DNA of 64,000 nucleotides from Selaginella moellendorffii (Eukaryota; Plantae; Lycopodiophyta): NCBI RefSeq assembly GCF_000143415.4, contig NW_003314310.1, positions 285,904 to 349,903 of the forward strand, read 5' to 3'. Shown piece by piece: positions 62,001 to 64,000 of this stretch (position 1 is its first letter; each line of letters starts with the position of its first letter). The notes under the pieces were generated by a model. It saw only the letters and a program-made list of their open reading frames with translations, ran no database searches and was not told where the DNA came from. The position numbers and the translations under genes were made by a program.

Positions 62001-62961
62001 TCGGACTCCATCTCGGGTCCTTCTTGGACTCCATCTCGGATTCCATCTCGGGTCCATCTCGGACTCCATCTCAGACTCTGTCTCGGTCCACCTCGAACTC
62101 CATCTCAGACTCCATCTCGGACTCCATCTTGGTCCATCTTGGACTCCATCTCAGACTCCATCTTGGACTCCGTCTCAGTCCATCTTGGACTCCATCTCGG
62201 ACTCCGTCTTGGTCCATCTCGAACTCCATCTCGGACTCCGTCTCGGTCCACCTCGGACTCCGTCTCAGACTCCATCTCGGACTCCGTCTCGGTCCATCTT
62301 GGACTCCGTCTTGGTCCATCTCGAACTCCATCTCGGACTCCATATCAGACTCCATCTCGTCCATCTTGGAGTTCATCTCGGACACTTCCACGTGTCATGT
62401 GTTGGTCCTTTTTGGGTCCCTTTTTGGAGCCTTGCTTATTGGTTGCCTCGTGCTCACTCCTCGAGCACTTTGTTGGGAGTTCCACTCCCGCTCTCGACCT
62501 TCCAAGTCGGAGCTTTTATTCCAAACGTGTTACGCTCGTTTGGCTTTCACTTCAACCACTACTACGTGGCACCCTTCTAGCTCCACTTTGGGGCCTAGGG
62601 ATTTTGTGTCTCACAATGTGGTATTAGAGCAAAATGGCATGGGTTTGATTTCTATTGATTAGTGGCTACATAAAAATATATAATATATCTTTGAGTAAGG
62701 TAAATTCCTACCTCTAAAATTTGAAATCGTATGTATTGAGCATCCATGTGTATGTCTTTCCTCTTGTGGAGCATCCGNNNNNNNNNNNNNNNNNNNNNNN
62801 NNNNNNNNNNNNNNNNNNNNNNNNNNNNNNNNNNNNNNNNNNNNNNNNNNNNNNNNNNNNNNNNNNNNNNNNNNNNNAATAAAATAACTACTAAGGGTTC
62901 TCTCATCAATCAATTACTCTATTTTCAGTTGGCTTAAAAGAGAGAAATAATGTGTGTTACA
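59082..62961 (+). mobile_element. Second TRIM copy split by LARD-like element A3
   Basis: 5' LTR 59082-59243; PBS and interior resume at 62616; 3' LTR end ...gtgttaca at 62961, after a gap. Confidence 0.8.
59248..62615 (-). mobile_element. LARD-like element A3 with an internal deletion removing most of one LTR
   Basis: Only ~55 bp of the left LTR remain before jumping into internal sequence; right LTR 60840-62615; PBS before 60840; TSD ATATG/ATGTG. Confidence 0.85.
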
Positions 62962-63549
62962 TGGGACCAAATAGAACTAATACATGGGGCATGATAGCAA
63001 AGGTGTTTAATAGATACAATAAGTTATCATTTGACAAATATTGAGAGATCAAACTCAATATTACGGGGGTTTCCAACATTAACAAATTCAACTCAACAAA
63101 ATGATTTTTTCTAACCAAGTCAAGTATGTTTGACTAATAGCACTTAAGAATTCTGTCTTTATGCTCATTTGGTCAAGTGCACATGCGAAGATCAGTTTCT
63201 AAACTAACTTAGGTGAAGATTAAAAATTAGTTTAACAATACTAACCTCTTGTTGTTATAATAGTAAGGAAAGAATATTCAAAAACATTCGTCAACATGTA
63301 ACTTTAATATTCGCAATCACATTTATGACAGTTCCCCCCCCCCGTCCTCCTAGAGAAGATCAACATCCTCATTGATGCACACTCTATTCTAAACACCGTC
63401 AAGGAAACAACTCTAGAAAATATTTATGGTGTTCACACTTTATAAAAAATGCATCAACTTAAATGAGTTAGGCTAATCTCTCTATGTAACATAAATACAC
63501 TACAACTTAGACACATTTCGATTGTCAATGACAATAAAATGACTAATAG

Positions 63550-63835
63550 AGTCAACCACTATAGCGCACTTTATCTCTCTCCCCTTAAGCCAACTGGAAA
63601 AAGGGCATTTGCTTGATGAGAGAGCCCTTAGTGGCTATTTTATCCCCATTTATCCCCTAAGGTTCTAAGGATCCATGGTGACAGTATATTCATATTAGTC
63701 AACCACTGTAATACACCTTATCTCTCTCCCTTTAAACTAACTGGAAAAAGGGCATTTGCTTGATGAGAGCCCTTAGTGGCTATTTTATCCCCATTTATCC
63801 CCCAAGGTTCCAAGAATCCACAATGACAGTATATA
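63550..63835 (-). repeat. Tandem duplication of a truncated TRIM LTR with its flank
   Basis: Two ~148-bp units, each starting agtcaaccac and followed by TRIM LTR sequence ending at gacagtatat. Confidence 0.8.
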
Positions 63836-64000
63836 TGCTCTATTTCGTTAAAGTGGGATTTATTCAGTAAAATGGGACTAGGTACAAATTTTCAAGTATT
63901 TGAAAATGACGTGAAATTATATGTTTTTTGTCCAGGGGCTAGACATATCTAGGGCATGGTGACTAGCGCGGTGACTTTATGTCCAGACTGAGTCCATCTG

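Noticed and set aside
42965-62662. Long ORFs rich in SRT/ISD/LGL/MESE repeats (e.g. 61612-62580, 45597-46391)
   Set aside because: These are stop-free translations of 6/12-bp tandem arrays inside LTRs, open in several frames on both strands.

Overview
Eukaryotic, transposon-dense region with three assembly gaps. It is almost certainly from a non-seed land plant: the 5.8S relic has the non-seed-plant motif, introns are 52-80 nt, and a TatI-like PR-aRH-RT element is present, so a lycophyte such as Selaginella is a plausible inference. There is only one intact host-type gene, a 4-exon, ~867-aa protein with coiled-coil header + P-loop NTPase + PD-(D/E)xK (QxK) nuclease, i.e. a Crinkler/CR-type effector architecture (34147-36943, -). 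A young chromovirus is inserted 54 bp after its stop codon. That chromovirus lacks the integrase core and has a 52-nt GT-AG intron-like insert in its GPY/F domain. Hidden among decayed sequence is a ~7-kb (native) MULE-like DNA transposon (~10089-25713). It carries a SWIM/DDE transposase relic, a divergently oriented intron-containing ParB-like + beta-class N4C/N6A DNA-methyltransferase-like gene, and an array of long palindromes between the two genes; a second, fuller copy of the cargo gene lies at ~1710-4985. Also present: a Tat-like Gypsy element primed by tRNA-Trp, nested non-coding LARD-like LTR elements with clean TSDs, a 162-bp-LTR TRIM family, a 5S-containing Cassandra-like solo LTR, a LINE remnant, and a decayed 5.8S-ITS2-26S rDNA orphon interrupted by a TRIM. 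All calls are from reading the sequence by eye; no database searches were run.
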